Positions 9,417 to 18,206 of a stretch of 64,000 nt of DNA are shown one piece after another. Position 1 is the first letter of the stretch; each line of letters starts with the position of its first letter. The notes under the pieces are model-generated. The model searched no databases and was not told where the DNA came from. It worked only from the letters and a program-made list of their open reading frames with translations. Source of the stretch: a virus. Location: the IMG/VR virus record IMGVR_UViG_3300001533_000699; one strand, 5' to 3'. The position numbers were made by a program, and so were the translations under genes.

Positions 9417-10246
9417 GTTTTATACAGAAAGTCAAAACCAGAGTTCATAATGCCAACGAATTCGCTAAATTTAAGAATTTAGTAACTGCATACAGCCTAT
9501 GTATCAAACACGATATTATAATACCAAAGCTGTATTTTATTCTTTCACAAGAAGAAGCTACTGCAACATCATACGAAGATTTATATCATCGTTTACCTAA
9601 TCTGTTCACCATAAGACCAAGCATATTTCTAAATAATAAGTATGATTATATGTTGCGTGATGACGGTCTTACGCTGCATAATTTTGCAACCGGTCAAGAC
9701 GACCAACCACAAAACATATATAAGACCCAATGCGATGCAATGCAAAGCATTGATAATTCTTCTTTATTGTTTGAAGAGTTCCCATTAGTAAATCATGTGT
9801 TACAATACCCCACACACTATCGTTTACACACGTTTTACGGTGGTGTAGCACTAATACAAATAGTTAAAGTCGATGGAAAAATGGGTTGGTGCAATAACCA
9901 GGGTAAGATATTGGCGACCACCAATGACAACACATCCTTACAGTCTCACGACATACCACAGCATAAGGCTATGGAATCGTTAGTGAATGCTGGGCGAAAA
10001 CTATCCCTAGCCACAAAACAACCATATATTAGAATCGACTTTGTGTTATCTACTCACGGCCCTATGTTTAGAAGCTTTGCGTGTATCCCAGGAGATGTTC
10101 GTTCACAAACATTCGCAACATTCTATCAACAAATAGACGAACAACTTGATAATGAGTGGATAGCAGCAGAAGAAAGAATAAAGAATGCCGATAATCCTAC
10201 CACAAAACCAACAATTAGTACAGACACGCCAGATGACAACGCCTAA
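9413..10246 (+). CDS. sugar-transfer-associated ATP-grasp-like protein
   Basis: LFEEF, YRLHTF.G, YIRIDF; likely GTG start overlapping previous stop. Confidence 0.5.
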   Translation: MSFIQKVKTRVHNANEFAKFKNLVTAYSLCIKHDIIIPKLYFILSQEEATATSYEDLYHRLPNLFTIRPSIFLNNKYDYMLRDDGLTLHNFATGQDDQPQNIYKTQCDAMQSIDNSSLLFEEFPLVNHVLQYPTHYRLHTFYGGVALIQIVKVDGKMGWCNNQGKILATTNDNTSLQSHDIPQHKAMESLVNAGRKLSLATKQPYIRIDFVLSTHGPMFRSFACIPGDVRSQTFATFYQQIDEQLDNEWIAAEERIKNADNPTTKPTISTDTPDDNA

Positions 10247-11195
10247 GATTGATGTAGTAGACCTAACTGGTACATTGTGTTGTATCAGTAGTTATTTTAA
10301 TCCAATTGGTTGGAAAAGTAGATATGATAATTTTTGCATATTCTATGAACGCATGCTGCGTCAAAACGTCAATCTGTTAATTGGTGAAGTAGCATTACAT
10401 GATAGAGGTTTTCAACTACAAAATATTGTCAACGAAGAGCACCTAGCTTTTCAATTATGTGCACCAAATATATTGTGGCACAAAGAAAGCGTTTTGTCCT
10501 TACTATTGGGGCACCTTCCTGCTAATTGTGATAAAGTATGTTGGATAGACGCAGATATTTTAGTACAAAACAATGATTGGGTAGAACAAATAAACAATGC
10601 GCTCAATATGTATCGCGTTGTACAAGGCTTTAATTGGTGTGGAATGCTGCCTCACGGAGTAGAAGACGTTGACCGCATCGGAATTCATAGTTTTCCCACG
10701 GGTTTTCAAGACTGTCATAAATGCTATAGCTACATCAATGGCTTATTGAATAATGAACCGAAGTATTATAGTGGACAGCCAGGAATAATGTGGGCAGCTC
10801 GACGCTCTGTGTTAGAACGCATAGGATTCTATAAACATTGCGTCCTTGGTGGGGCAGACTATCTAACGGCGCGAGCGATGGCATACAAACATTATGACCC
10901 AAAAACATGTGAATTATTTAGTAAATTTAATTTAGCAACATATTTTCCATGGGCGCAAAACTGTGCGGAACAAGTAGACTTTAGCATTAACTATGTGTCT
11001 AATGTGGTATATCATTTGTATCATGGTCATATAGACGATAGAGGACACAACCATAGGCTACAACTACTTCGTGAGCTAGAGTTTGACCCACGAATAGATA
11101 TCAATGAACTAGAGAATGGTCTATGTAACTTCACAGATATTGGGGAAAGATTCATGGAGCCAACCAAACAGTTTTTTATACAAAGGAAAGAATAA
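10185..11195 (+). CDS. glycosyltransferase family A-like protein
   Basis: YFNP, WHKE, WIDAD, GGAD, HLYHG. Confidence 0.65.
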   Translation: MPIILPQNQQLVQTRQMTTPKIDVVDLTGTLCCISSYFNPIGWKSRYDNFCIFYERMLRQNVNLLIGEVALHDRGFQLQNIVNEEHLAFQLCAPNILWHKESVLSLLLGHLPANCDKVCWIDADILVQNNDWVEQINNALNMYRVVQGFNWCGMLPHGVEDVDRIGIHSFPTGFQDCHKCYSYINGLLNNEPKYYSGQPGIMWAARRSVLERIGFYKHCVLGGADYLTARAMAYKHYDPKTCELFSKFNLATYFPWAQNCAEQVDFSINYVSNVVYHLYHGHIDDRGHNHRLQLLRELEFDPRIDINELENGLCNFTDIGERFMEPTKQFFIQRKE

Positions 11196-12259
11196 TGGAC
11201 CTTAACTATATGGCACCAATCAATCCTCTGGGATATGGCAATGTGGGTGTAAATATTCTATATGCGCTTGTTCAGCAAAATGTAGACGTAAAACTATGGC
11301 CAATTGGTAAGGTATACTGTGCTAAACAATATTCGGCTATCGTAGAACATGCTAGAGATACACGCCATTGGTATAATGTATCAGCAACTAGTCTAAAACT
11401 ATGGCATCAGTTTGATTTAGCTCAACATGTTGGCCATGGCATGCACATCGGATTTCCTATTTTTGAACTCGATAATTTCACAGACCAAGAATATCGAGAG
11501 CTTGACGGTGTGGATATGTTATTTGTGTGTTCGCAGTGGGCTAAGAGTGTAATAGAAAAAAGATTACCCCATACTAAGTCTAAGGGCAACGTAGTTGTTG
11601 TGCCACTAGGAGTAGACCGCAATATATTTCATGAAAATATAGGCACGCCAGAACCACAGTGGACTACATTTCTCAATATTGGTAAATGGGAATACCGTAA
11701 GGGACATGACGTAATATGTGAAGCATTTTCTAAAGCATTTGAACCAAAAGACCGAGTACGGTTATGGATGATGAATCACAATCCATTTTTAACCACAGAA
11801 CAAACACTCAAGTGGCATCAGACATATAAAAAATCCCGCATGGGACACCGCATTAGTTTTCTCAGTCGCGTGGAAACGCAAGAACAAGTGGCGAAAATTA
11901 TGTCAGAAGCTGATTGCGGCGTATTTCCTGCCAGAGCCGAAGGATGGAACCTAGAATTACTAGAAATGATGTCATTGGGTAAGCCTGTAATTACTACGAA
12001 CCTAGCTGGACACACAGAGTTTTGTAATCATAATAACGCACTGCTAATTGACGTAACCGAACAAGAAATTGCGCATGATGGTGTATTTTTCGTGGAGCCT
12101 GTGGGTAGCTGGGGAAAGTTTGAGAAAAAAGATATAGACCAACTAGTAGAATACATGCGATATGTTCATCTACATAAACCTGACAACACCAACGGTATCA
12201 CTACTGCTAAACAATTTTCTTGGCAAAACACAGCCTCAATTATCAAAACCCATATTTAG
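11195..12259 (+). CDS. glycosyltransferase family 4
   Basis: GYG, GKWEYRKG, EGWNLELLEMM..GKPVITT. Confidence 0.9.
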   Translation: MDLNYMAPINPLGYGNVGVNILYALVQQNVDVKLWPIGKVYCAKQYSAIVEHARDTRHWYNVSATSLKLWHQFDLAQHVGHGMHIGFPIFELDNFTDQEYRELDGVDMLFVCSQWAKSVIEKRLPHTKSKGNVVVVPLGVDRNIFHENIGTPEPQWTTFLNIGKWEYRKGHDVICEAFSKAFEPKDRVRLWMMNHNPFLTTEQTLKWHQTYKKSRMGHRISFLSRVETQEQVAKIMSEADCGVFPARAEGWNLELLEMMSLGKPVITTNLAGHTEFCNHNNALLIDVTEQEIAHDGVFFVEPVGSWGKFEKKDIDQLVEYMRYVHLHKPDNTNGITTAKQFSWQNTASIIKTHI

Positions 12260-12268
12260 GAGAAACAA

Positions 12269-12448
12269 GTGTTTGTATTAGATAGAGCACGTAAAAAAAA
12301 GACGGTCCATAAGCTACAATCCAAACAAATAGCAGAAATTATCGACAATAATGGTAAACATAGCATTATAAGAGACCATCAAAATAAACACTGGATGACA
12401 GTTCCTAGTGCTAGCGGCGTAGATTTATATCCAATGGAACAAATATAG
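12269..12448 (+). CDS. small hypothetical protein
   Basis: GTG start after AGGAGA RBS, open to TAG. Confidence 0.5.
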   Translation: MFVLDRARKKKTVHKLQSKQIAEIIDNNGKHSIIRDHQNKHWMTVPSASGVDLYPMEQI

Positions 12449-12458
12449 GAGAATACAT

Positions 12459-12602
12459 ATGTCTGTAGAATTTCCAAGAGATGACATTGTAACCGAAGTG
12501 ATTAGCCCTAGTGTAGGGCAAGAAAATGAATTGGAAGCTGGCGAATATATAATTATTGTACCCGAAGGTCAGAAAGCTATAATTAGATATGAAAAAATCT
12601 AA
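12459..12602 (+). CDS. small hypothetical protein
   Basis: ATG after AGGAGA RBS (MSVEFPRDDIVTEV...). Confidence 0.5.
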   Translation: MSVEFPRDDIVTEVISPSVGQENELEAGEYIIIVPEGQKAIIRYEKI

Positions 12603-12756
12603 TGATATACCAGAATGGATGAAAGAACGTACTATACATGTGATATACTTACGTGATATAGGATATGATTCAAGTACTTTATCAAATGCAACTAACAGTG
12701 ATGTAAAGAAATGGTACGAAGCAGAGAAAACTAAGCAGGGAAGCCCACCCTGCTAA
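12589..12756 (+). CDS. small hypothetical protein
   Basis: MKKSNDIPEWMKERTIHVIYLRDIG..., overlaps previous gene end. Confidence 0.45.
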   Translation: MKKSNDIPEWMKERTIHVIYLRDIGYDSSTLSNATNSDVKKWYEAEKTKQGSPPC

Positions 12757-12761
12757 TTTTT
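12734..12761 (+). terminator. intrinsic terminator-like hairpin
   Basis: AGCAGGG/CCCTGCT stem followed by AATTTTTT. Confidence 0.5.
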
Positions 12762-12765
12762 CGTC

Positions 12766-12793
12766 TTGACTTTTGTGTATTTTGGTGTATAAT
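12766..12793 (+). promoter_or_regulatory. sigma70-type promoter for tRNA cluster
   Basis: TTGACT-16 nt-TATAAT. Confidence 0.7.
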
Positions 12794-12805
12794 ATGGTTG
12801 TCTGG

Positions 12806-12881
12806 GGGCCAAGGGATACTGTTGGGAGTATCACTAGTCTTGCAAACTAGGTTTTCGCCGGTTCGATTCCGGCTTGGTCCA
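12806..12881 (+). tRNA. tRNA-Ala(TGC)
   Basis: CTAGT-CTTGCAA-ACTAG; acceptor GGGCCAA/TTGGTCC gives G3:U70. Confidence 0.85.
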
Positions 12882-12883
12882 CT

Positions 12884-13057
12884 ATGCTAATGAAAAAAAT
12901 AGTCATTACACACATAAAAGACCATAGATTAGAAGAAATTGGTCTGTGTGTTGGCCAAGTAGTTTGGTTATTGCAAAAGAACCCATTGATTATTAAGGTC
13001 AATCACTATAGTAAGTTGTGCTTAAGAGACTTGATAGAATATGAGTATCAACAATAA
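12884..13057 (+). CDS. FeoA-like small SH3-fold protein
   Basis: 57 aa, RLEEIGLCVGQVVWLLQKNPLIIKVNHYSKLCLR resembles the FeoA consensus. Confidence 0.5.
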   Translation: MLMKKIVITHIKDHRLEEIGLCVGQVVWLLQKNPLIIKVNHYSKLCLRDLIEYEYQQ

Positions 13058-13060
13058 TGA

Positions 13061-13224
13061 TGTGTCACCTACATACTAGCTATAGATGGTAAAGTGGTGA
13101 GGTAATCAGGATAAGCTTAATCCTGGCGAGTAGTGGTTTAGCGGCCATGAAGCGCGACACATGCTACAGAACAGCCCGACTATGAATCGGTAACTGAAAG
13201 TTGTGTGACACGAGGGAGAGACCC
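13061..13224 (+). ncRNA. candidate multibranch structured RNA
   Basis: outer stem TGTGTCAC/GTGACACG encloses several hairpins (CAGGAT/ATCCTG, CCGA/TCGG); no ORF. Confidence 0.35.
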
Positions 13225-13229
13225 GACAT

Positions 13230-13300
13230 GCGGGTGTCGTATAATGGTAATACTTTTGGCTTCCAACCAAATGATGCCCGTTCGATTCGGGTCACCCGCA
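13230..13300 (+). tRNA. tRNA-Gly(TCC)
   Basis: GCGGGTG/CACCCGC, TTTGG-CTTCCAA-CCAAA. Confidence 0.92.
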
Positions 13301-13316
13301 CTAAATTGATACAAAT

Positions 13317-13388
13317 GGCTCGTTGGTGTCAAAGTAGCATACTTCTCTCTTAAAGAAGTTGGTCTCAGTGCAAGTCTGGGGCGGGCCA
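13317..13388 (+). tRNA. tRNA-Lys(CTT)
   Basis: CTTCT-CTCTTAA-AGAAG; non-canonical T-loop TGCAAGT. Confidence 0.75.
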
Positions 13389-13413
13389 CTATTTATACCT
13401 GGACGTTATTATG

Positions 13414-13481
13414 GCCCCTCCGAGGGATTGCGGCTTGATGACTACGAATCATTGATGGGCGGTTCAACTCCGTTAGGGGCT
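13414..13481 (+). tRNA. tRNA-Arg(ACG), atypical D-arm
   Basis: GCCCCT/AGGGGC acceptor, GATGA-CTACGAA-TCATT, T-loop TTCAACT. Confidence 0.65.
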
Positions 13482-13502
13482 ACTTGCGGTAGCTGAATGA
13501 CG

Positions 13503-13550
13503 GCACCGGTCGCGCGATGCACCTGTCGTGCGATGCACCTGTCGTGCGAG
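13503..13550 (+). repeat. 3 x 16 bp tandem repeat GCACC(G/T)GTCG(T/C)GCGA(T/G)
   Basis: units at 13503, 13519, 13535; same sequence as the D-arm of the downstream tRNA-Ile (13569-13584). Confidence 0.9.
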
Positions 13551-13559
13551 GCTCCAAAT

Positions 13560-13631
13560 GGTATGTGCGCACCGGTCGTGCGATTTTGCCTGATAAGCAA
13601 AATGTGTAGAGTTCGACTCTCTAACATACCA
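13560..13631 (+). tRNA. tRNA-Ile(GAT)
   Basis: GGTATGT/ACATACC, TTTGC-CTGATAA-GCAAA, 5-nt D-loop. Confidence 0.85.
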
Positions 13632-13655
13632 CTTCACTATGTATGAAAGGTTAGC

Positions 13656-14090
13656 ATGTATATAAATCATTGGCGACACAAAATTAACATTGACTCGTAC
13701 GCTCATATGAAAGCAGTACGTTATTGTGTAAAGCATTATGTGTCTGGTGACCCAGAGGCGTTGGAAGCGTACTATTTTCCTTTGGGAACACAAAATAATG
13801 AAATACGCTTGGTGGTTGTAAGTGAATCGCGAACCAAACCACAATATAGTTCAGAAAACGCTACAATAAATTTTGGCGTTAGAGTTAAGGGCTTTCTATA
13901 TACATTGATAATCATAGACTTAAATGAAACAGAGTGGCGACATGTTTTAGACGAAACGTTATCACTACCTATTGCATTTAATATGAACTATGTTCAACAA
14001 GTGTACAATAGAGACATTGTTAAAATTGACAATAAAAACGACATCATCAGTACTCGTTATAGATATAATACAACTAGTTTGTTGGAATAG
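13656..14090 (+). CDS. hypothetical protein
   Basis: ORF with GAAAGG RBS. Confidence 0.55.
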   Translation: MYINHWRHKINIDSYAHMKAVRYCVKHYVSGDPEALEAYYFPLGTQNNEIRLVVVSESRTKPQYSSENATINFGVRVKGFLYTLIIIDLNETEWRHVLDETLSLPIAFNMNYVQQVYNRDIVKIDNKNDIISTRYRYNTTSLLE

Positions 14091-14138
14091 ACATAAAGAT
14101 TCTGTATATACTATGTTTTATGTTAGGAGAATAACGCG

Positions 14139-14435
14139 ATGAAAGTTCGTCAAGGGTTTGTGAGTAACAGCTCTACTACTAGTTTTTGTATTTATGGTGT
14201 TGGCACAAATGAACCTGTTTCTGCCTCAGATATTAAAAAGGCAGGTCTGTCCTATGAGTATTTTCAAGAATATTCAGAGCATAAATTGGCAATAGGATTA
14301 CCATTTACAGACATAGAAAACCATGAAACCGGCGCTGAATTTAAAAGTCGCGTAAGAACAGCGGTGCGCAAGGTATTGCCAACTGTATCAGACGATGACT
14401 TTGGTGTGCAAGAAGACGCATATAGAGATGGTTAA
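14139..14435 (+). CDS. conserved phage protein (MK.R.GFVSNSS.SSF family)
   Basis: N-terminal MKVRQGFVSNSSTTSF; AGGAGA RBS. Confidence 0.75.
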   Translation: MKVRQGFVSNSSTTSFCIYGVGTNEPVSASDIKKAGLSYEYFQEYSEHKLAIGLPFTDIENHETGAEFKSRVRTAVRKVLPTVSDDDFGVQEDAYRDG

Positions 14436-14441
14436 TCAGCC

Positions 14442-14658
14442 ATGTTAAAGAAGAGCGACATTAAGATAGAATACACCAAGGGCAAAGGCCCAGGCGGTCA
14501 ACATAAAAACAAAGTGGAGACCATGGTAGTCGCTACACATATTCCGACTGGAATTAAGGCAAGCGTAGACGGTCGAAGTCGCAAGGCTAATCAAGTTGCG
14601 GCTCTTAAAGAACTAGAGTACAGAGTACGACAAAAAGGATTGGAACTACAAGCTAAAG
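14442..14658 (+). pseudogene. peptide chain release factor-like (GGQ) protein, 5' part, interrupted by IS
   Basis: GKGPGGQHKNKVET.V...HIPTGI...DGRSRKANQ. Confidence 0.85.
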
Positions 14659-14868
14659 CCAACAGTTGCCCCATCAGATATTGTGCGGACTTTCAAGAGC
14701 ATATCAGCCATTGAGTTGTTCAAGAAGTTCTATGCACTTAAAAACTTCTACTCTCGTTGTGGTTCATTGTGGTCGGAAGGAAAATTCATTAGCACTATTG
14801 GTTTTGTCAGTGCTGATACAATTAAAAGATACATTCAAGAGCAAAAAGAGTTTGATGAGGACGAGTGA
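14659..14868 (+). pseudogene. tnpA: IS200-type Y1 transposase, C-terminal remnant
   Basis: PTVAPSDIVRTFKSISA...LWSEG.F.STIG.VSADTIKRYIQEQ; HUH-containing N-terminus missing. Confidence 0.85.
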
Positions 14869-16070
14869 AGATATTAAGAGCATACAGATATAGGTTGTAT
14901 CCAACGAAAAAACAGGAACAACAATTAAAACAACAATGTGGAAACTGCCGTTTCCTTTGGAATAGGTTTCTTGACATGAACCAACGGCAGTATGAAAATA
15001 CAGGCAAGTTTGTGTTTGCTTATGAACTCATTACTTCCATTCCCGAACTCAAAAAAGAACATGACTTCCTCGGACTTACGTTTAGCCAATCGCTTCAACA
15101 AGTAGGTCGTTTTTTTGACAGAGCATTAAAAGACTTTATCGCAGGCATCCGTGAGTTTCCAAAGCACAAGAAAAAGAAGTATCAAGACGGATTGACCGTT
15201 CCACAAAAGTTCCGCTTAAACAAAAAGTTTGTGTTCATTCCAAAGATTGGTGAAGTTCAATGGGTTAAACACAGACCATATAAAGGTAAAGTCAAAAGTA
15301 TCACCGTTAAGCAAGATGGCGACCAGTGGTATTGCTCGGTTTTGTGTGAACTAAGAATTAAACAACCAAAAACAAATACAGATAATGTTGTTGGCATAGA
15401 TGTAGGTCTGAAAACATTTGCCACATTGTCCGATGGGACAACAGTTGAAAACGAACGAGTATTAAGAAAGCACGAAAGAAGGTTGAACAAAGCCCAACGC
15501 ATACTTTCTCGGAGAAAGAAAGGTGGGCAAAACAGAAACAAACAACGGGTCAAGGTTGCGAAACTTCATCGTAAAGTCCGACATGTAAGAAGTAATTTCC
15601 AACATCAAATCACAAGTCGTATGATAGCCAAATATGATGGATTTGCTTTGGAAACACTGAACATTGAAGGTATGATGAAGAACCACAATCTTGCTAAAAG
15701 TATAGCCGATGTTGGTTGGTATAGTTTTAAGCAAAAATTGAAGTATAAGTCAGAGTGGAGTGGCAAAGTGTTTCTTGAAATAGGAACATTTGAGCCGAGT
15801 AGCAAAACTTGTCATTGTTGTGGATGGAAGGACACAGACCAAATGCTTCAAGACCGAACATTCTGTTGTGAACAATGCGGAATGGATATGGACAGAGACT
15901 TGAATGCCGCTATCAACATTAGGAATATAGCGATTAAAGATATACCGTGGGACGCACGGGAATTTACGCTTGGGGATGATAAGAGGTTGCAGTCAGATAA
16001 TGACAGTGCTTGTCGTAGAGCCAAGAAAAAACAATGCTTAGCCCTAACCGAACTTGCATCGGTTAGATAG
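14865..16070 (+). CDS. tnpB: RNA-guided endonuclease TnpB
   Basis: AYRYRLYPT HTH, GIDVG (RuvC-I), ALETL, SSKTCHCCG/CEQCG zinc finger, DRDLNAAINI. Confidence 0.95.
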   Translation: MKILRAYRYRLYPTKKQEQQLKQQCGNCRFLWNRFLDMNQRQYENTGKFVFAYELITSIPELKKEHDFLGLTFSQSLQQVGRFFDRALKDFIAGIREFPKHKKKKYQDGLTVPQKFRLNKKFVFIPKIGEVQWVKHRPYKGKVKSITVKQDGDQWYCSVLCELRIKQPKTNTDNVVGIDVGLKTFATLSDGTTVENERVLRKHERRLNKAQRILSRRKKGGQNRNKQRVKVAKLHRKVRHVRSNFQHQITSRMIAKYDGFALETLNIEGMMKNHNLAKSIADVGWYSFKQKLKYKSEWSGKVFLEIGTFEPSSKTCHCCGWKDTDQMLQDRTFCCEQCGMDMDRDLNAAINIRNIAIKDIPWDAREFTLGDDKRLQSDNDSACRRAKKKQCLALTELASVR

Positions 16071-16106
16071 GCACGAAGCCACGGGGCTTGCCCCGCGGTG
16101 CGTCAC

Positions 16107-16196
16107 AGTAGAGGTGTCGTGACAGACCATAGAACTGGCAAAAAAGCATCATTAAAGCAAATTTTGCAAAAAGGTAAATTAGACCTTTTGCAATAA
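16107..16196 (+). pseudogene. release factor-like gene, 3' part
   Basis: SRGVVTDHRTGKKASLKQILQKGKLDLLQ* matches the RF C-terminal VTDHR..G.LD motif and starts right after the IS TCAC end. Confidence 0.8.
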
Positions 16197-16197
16197 T

Positions 16198-16267
16198 GGC
16201 TCGGCCACCGGATGTGGAGGAAATTCTTCTAAAGTTTCCGTGGTGAGTTCGACTCTCACACGAGCTA
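16198..16267 (+). tRNA. tRNA-Arg(TCT), atypical D-arm
   Basis: AAATT-CTTCTAA-AGTTT, GTGAG-TTCGACT-CTCAC, D-arm CCAC-CGGAT-GTGG. Confidence 0.65.
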
Positions 16268-16315
16268 CATACAGACTTAACTCAATCACAACAATTTTTT
16301 CACACAGGCTCAACA

Positions 16316-16930
16316 ATGACAGTAGTATTATGGGACATTAACGTATCTAAGCGACAACAAAACCCAATGTCACAACAATGCCCAAATGACTGGACACTAA
16401 ATGATTACTACACTATAGCACAGCGATGTATTGGTGCTTTTGCTTCATCATCATTAGCAAATAATATGCTACACAACGAAGATGCTGTGTCGTTTGTTGC
16501 AGAACATCTGATGTATGCTGCGTATCGTTGGGACGAAAAACGTGGTAGAACACTGTATAGCTATATGAATCAATGTGCATGTTGGAGTATCAAACGATGG
16601 ATTAATTTATATAAAAAATCTAATTGTGGTGCTATCATATCACTTAATGACACCCTAACTGACCAACACAAGCCACTTTACGCTATTACACCCATAGACG
16701 TAGACGCCCCAGATAAAAACCTAGACGACACAGAAAGTCAACAGGCATTAGCAACCCTATTCAATAAAGCAAAGTTGACTGACAAACAACATTATTGCGT
16801 TGAGCATATTTATATACATGGAATCAAGCCGTCTGAAGTCGCACGTAGACTTGGTGTTACACGACAAGCAGTACACCAATGTTTACGCAAGGGTATATCG
16901 AAATTAAAATTGGTAATAAATGAAAATTGA
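16316..16930 (+). CDS. sigma-70 family RNA polymerase sigma factor
   Basis: region 2-like AAYRWDEKRG..LYSY and region 4 HTH SEVARRLGVTRQAVHQ. Confidence 0.8.
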   Translation: MTVVLWDINVSKRQQNPMSQQCPNDWTLNDYYTIAQRCIGAFASSSLANNMLHNEDAVSFVAEHLMYAAYRWDEKRGRTLYSYMNQCACWSIKRWINLYKKSNCGAIISLNDTLTDQHKPLYAITPIDVDAPDKNLDDTESQQALATLFNKAKLTDKQHYCVEHIYIHGIKPSEVARRLGVTRQAVHQCLRKGISKLKLVINEN

Positions 16931-17427
16931 GTAATTTCATTAAAGACAAAAAAAATGGTCAACACGCCGAAGCGATAGTGTTGAATCTAATGAATAACGC
17001 TGGGTTTAGCAGTAAGGGCGGCGTTGCAACAGATAGAAGATGGGATATAATTTCGCACTATGGATTAAATCAAATTACGATAGAAGTCAAATATGATATC
17101 TATGAACAACGTAGTGGTAACATAGCCATAGAAGTTTATAATCCTAAATCCAATATTCCCTCTGGTATTACTGCGACAAAAGCATTTATATGGGCACATG
17201 TTTTAGCAGAAAACGCAGTATGGTTTACTGTAGTTAATACTCTTAAGCAATATATGGACCATAAACCACCGGCAAAAATCATAGATATTGGCGGTGATAA
17301 AAACGCGACGTTATATCTATATCCAAGCCACGAAATTCTAGTGGATATATTTATCAGAGTAGATAACATACCTTCTAACGATTTACGTAATTGGGTAATT
17401 CAACAATGGGAACAACAATATGAGTGA
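16927..17427 (+). CDS. PD-(D/E)XK-like nuclease, phage type
   Basis: WDI ... IEVKYD ... SGNIAIE ... PSGI..TKA. Confidence 0.55.
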   Translation: MSNFIKDKKNGQHAEAIVLNLMNNAGFSSKGGVATDRRWDIISHYGLNQITIEVKYDIYEQRSGNIAIEVYNPKSNIPSGITATKAFIWAHVLAENAVWFTVVNTLKQYMDHKPPAKIIDIGGDKNATLYLYPSHEILVDIFIRVDNIPSNDLRNWVIQQWEQQYE

Positions 17428-17881
17428 CGATACTTATAACTGGGAAAAGGACAATAGATTGTGGGAGCGTGTTCTTAATATAGATGTTGTCGCAACAATA
17501 TATGTGTGTGGCGTAGGTGATGACGGTAGTCCAGAAATTACGTGTGGGTTTTTAGACATGGATGATAAGCTTTGCTTACCAAACGCGCCAGTTACACCAA
17601 AATATCATGCAGCAGAAGTGGCGATACAATTATTTAGGGAATACATGGGTGTTGACCTAAATACAATCGACATAGTTCCTTATGGATTTTTTGACCCAAT
17701 ACACCCACCATTACATGATAAACTTAACCGTAATATCATTTTATCTTATGCAACTCGTATTCATCCTGGTACACCCGTACACCATGATTTAAGGTTTATG
17801 AACTATGAAGAAATCAACATCGCTAGAGAAAGAATTGAACGAGGTCATTACGAAGCATATAGAGCAGGCTTTAGTGGATAA
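17420..17881 (+). CDS. hypothetical protein
   Basis: ORF in tightly packed operon. Confidence 0.6.
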   Translation: MSDDTYNWEKDNRLWERVLNIDVVATIYVCGVGDDGSPEITCGFLDMDDKLCLPNAPVTPKYHAAEVAIQLFREYMGVDLNTIDIVPYGFFDPIHPPLHDKLNRNIILSYATRIHPGTPVHHDLRFMNYEEINIARERIERGHYEAYRAGFSG

Positions 17882-18206
17882 TCAAGACGTTGCTTTAGCT
17901 GGATGCCCATTCCAAGTACTTTTCACTGCTGATAAAGATAGCAACGTAAAAATAAATGTACGTTGGCCAGTAGATGACAATGTTCAGTATAACGGTGAAA
18001 TTATAGCCCGTATGTTAGAATCAATATTCAGCACAGAATGGCTCCAGCCTACTATAGATGCCGTACAGCGTTTTGCTGTAAGTAATAAACAAAAGTTGAC
18101 TGCTACTAACATTATGCAACGACTAAACGAATTACAACAAGAACGCAACATAATGAATCAAGTGTGTGTTAGACCACTAGAAGTTTTCCATAAGACACAA
18201 AAATGA
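17805..18206 (+). CDS. hypothetical protein
   Basis: ORF, stop overlaps thyX start. Confidence 0.55.
   Translation: MKKSTSLEKELNEVITKHIEQALVDNQDVALAGCPFQVLFTADKDSNVKINVRWPVDDNVQYNGEIIARMLESIFSTEWLQPTIDAVQRFAVSNKQKLTATNIMQRLNELQQERNIMNQVCVRPLEVFHKTQK

Larger units (their letters stand above)
14659..16106 (+). mobile_element. IS200/IS605-family element, left end deleted
   Basis: tnpA remnant + intact tnpB + right-end hairpin CACGGGGC/GCCCCGCG ending in TCAC. Confidence 0.88.

Noticed and set aside
13503-13584. CRISPR array
   Set aside because: 16-bp units are directly adjacent with no spacers, and there are no cas genes.
14659-16106. IStron (self-splicing IS) restoring the RF gene
   Set aside because: No group I intron core before tnpA; the left end and part of the RF coding sequence are missing.
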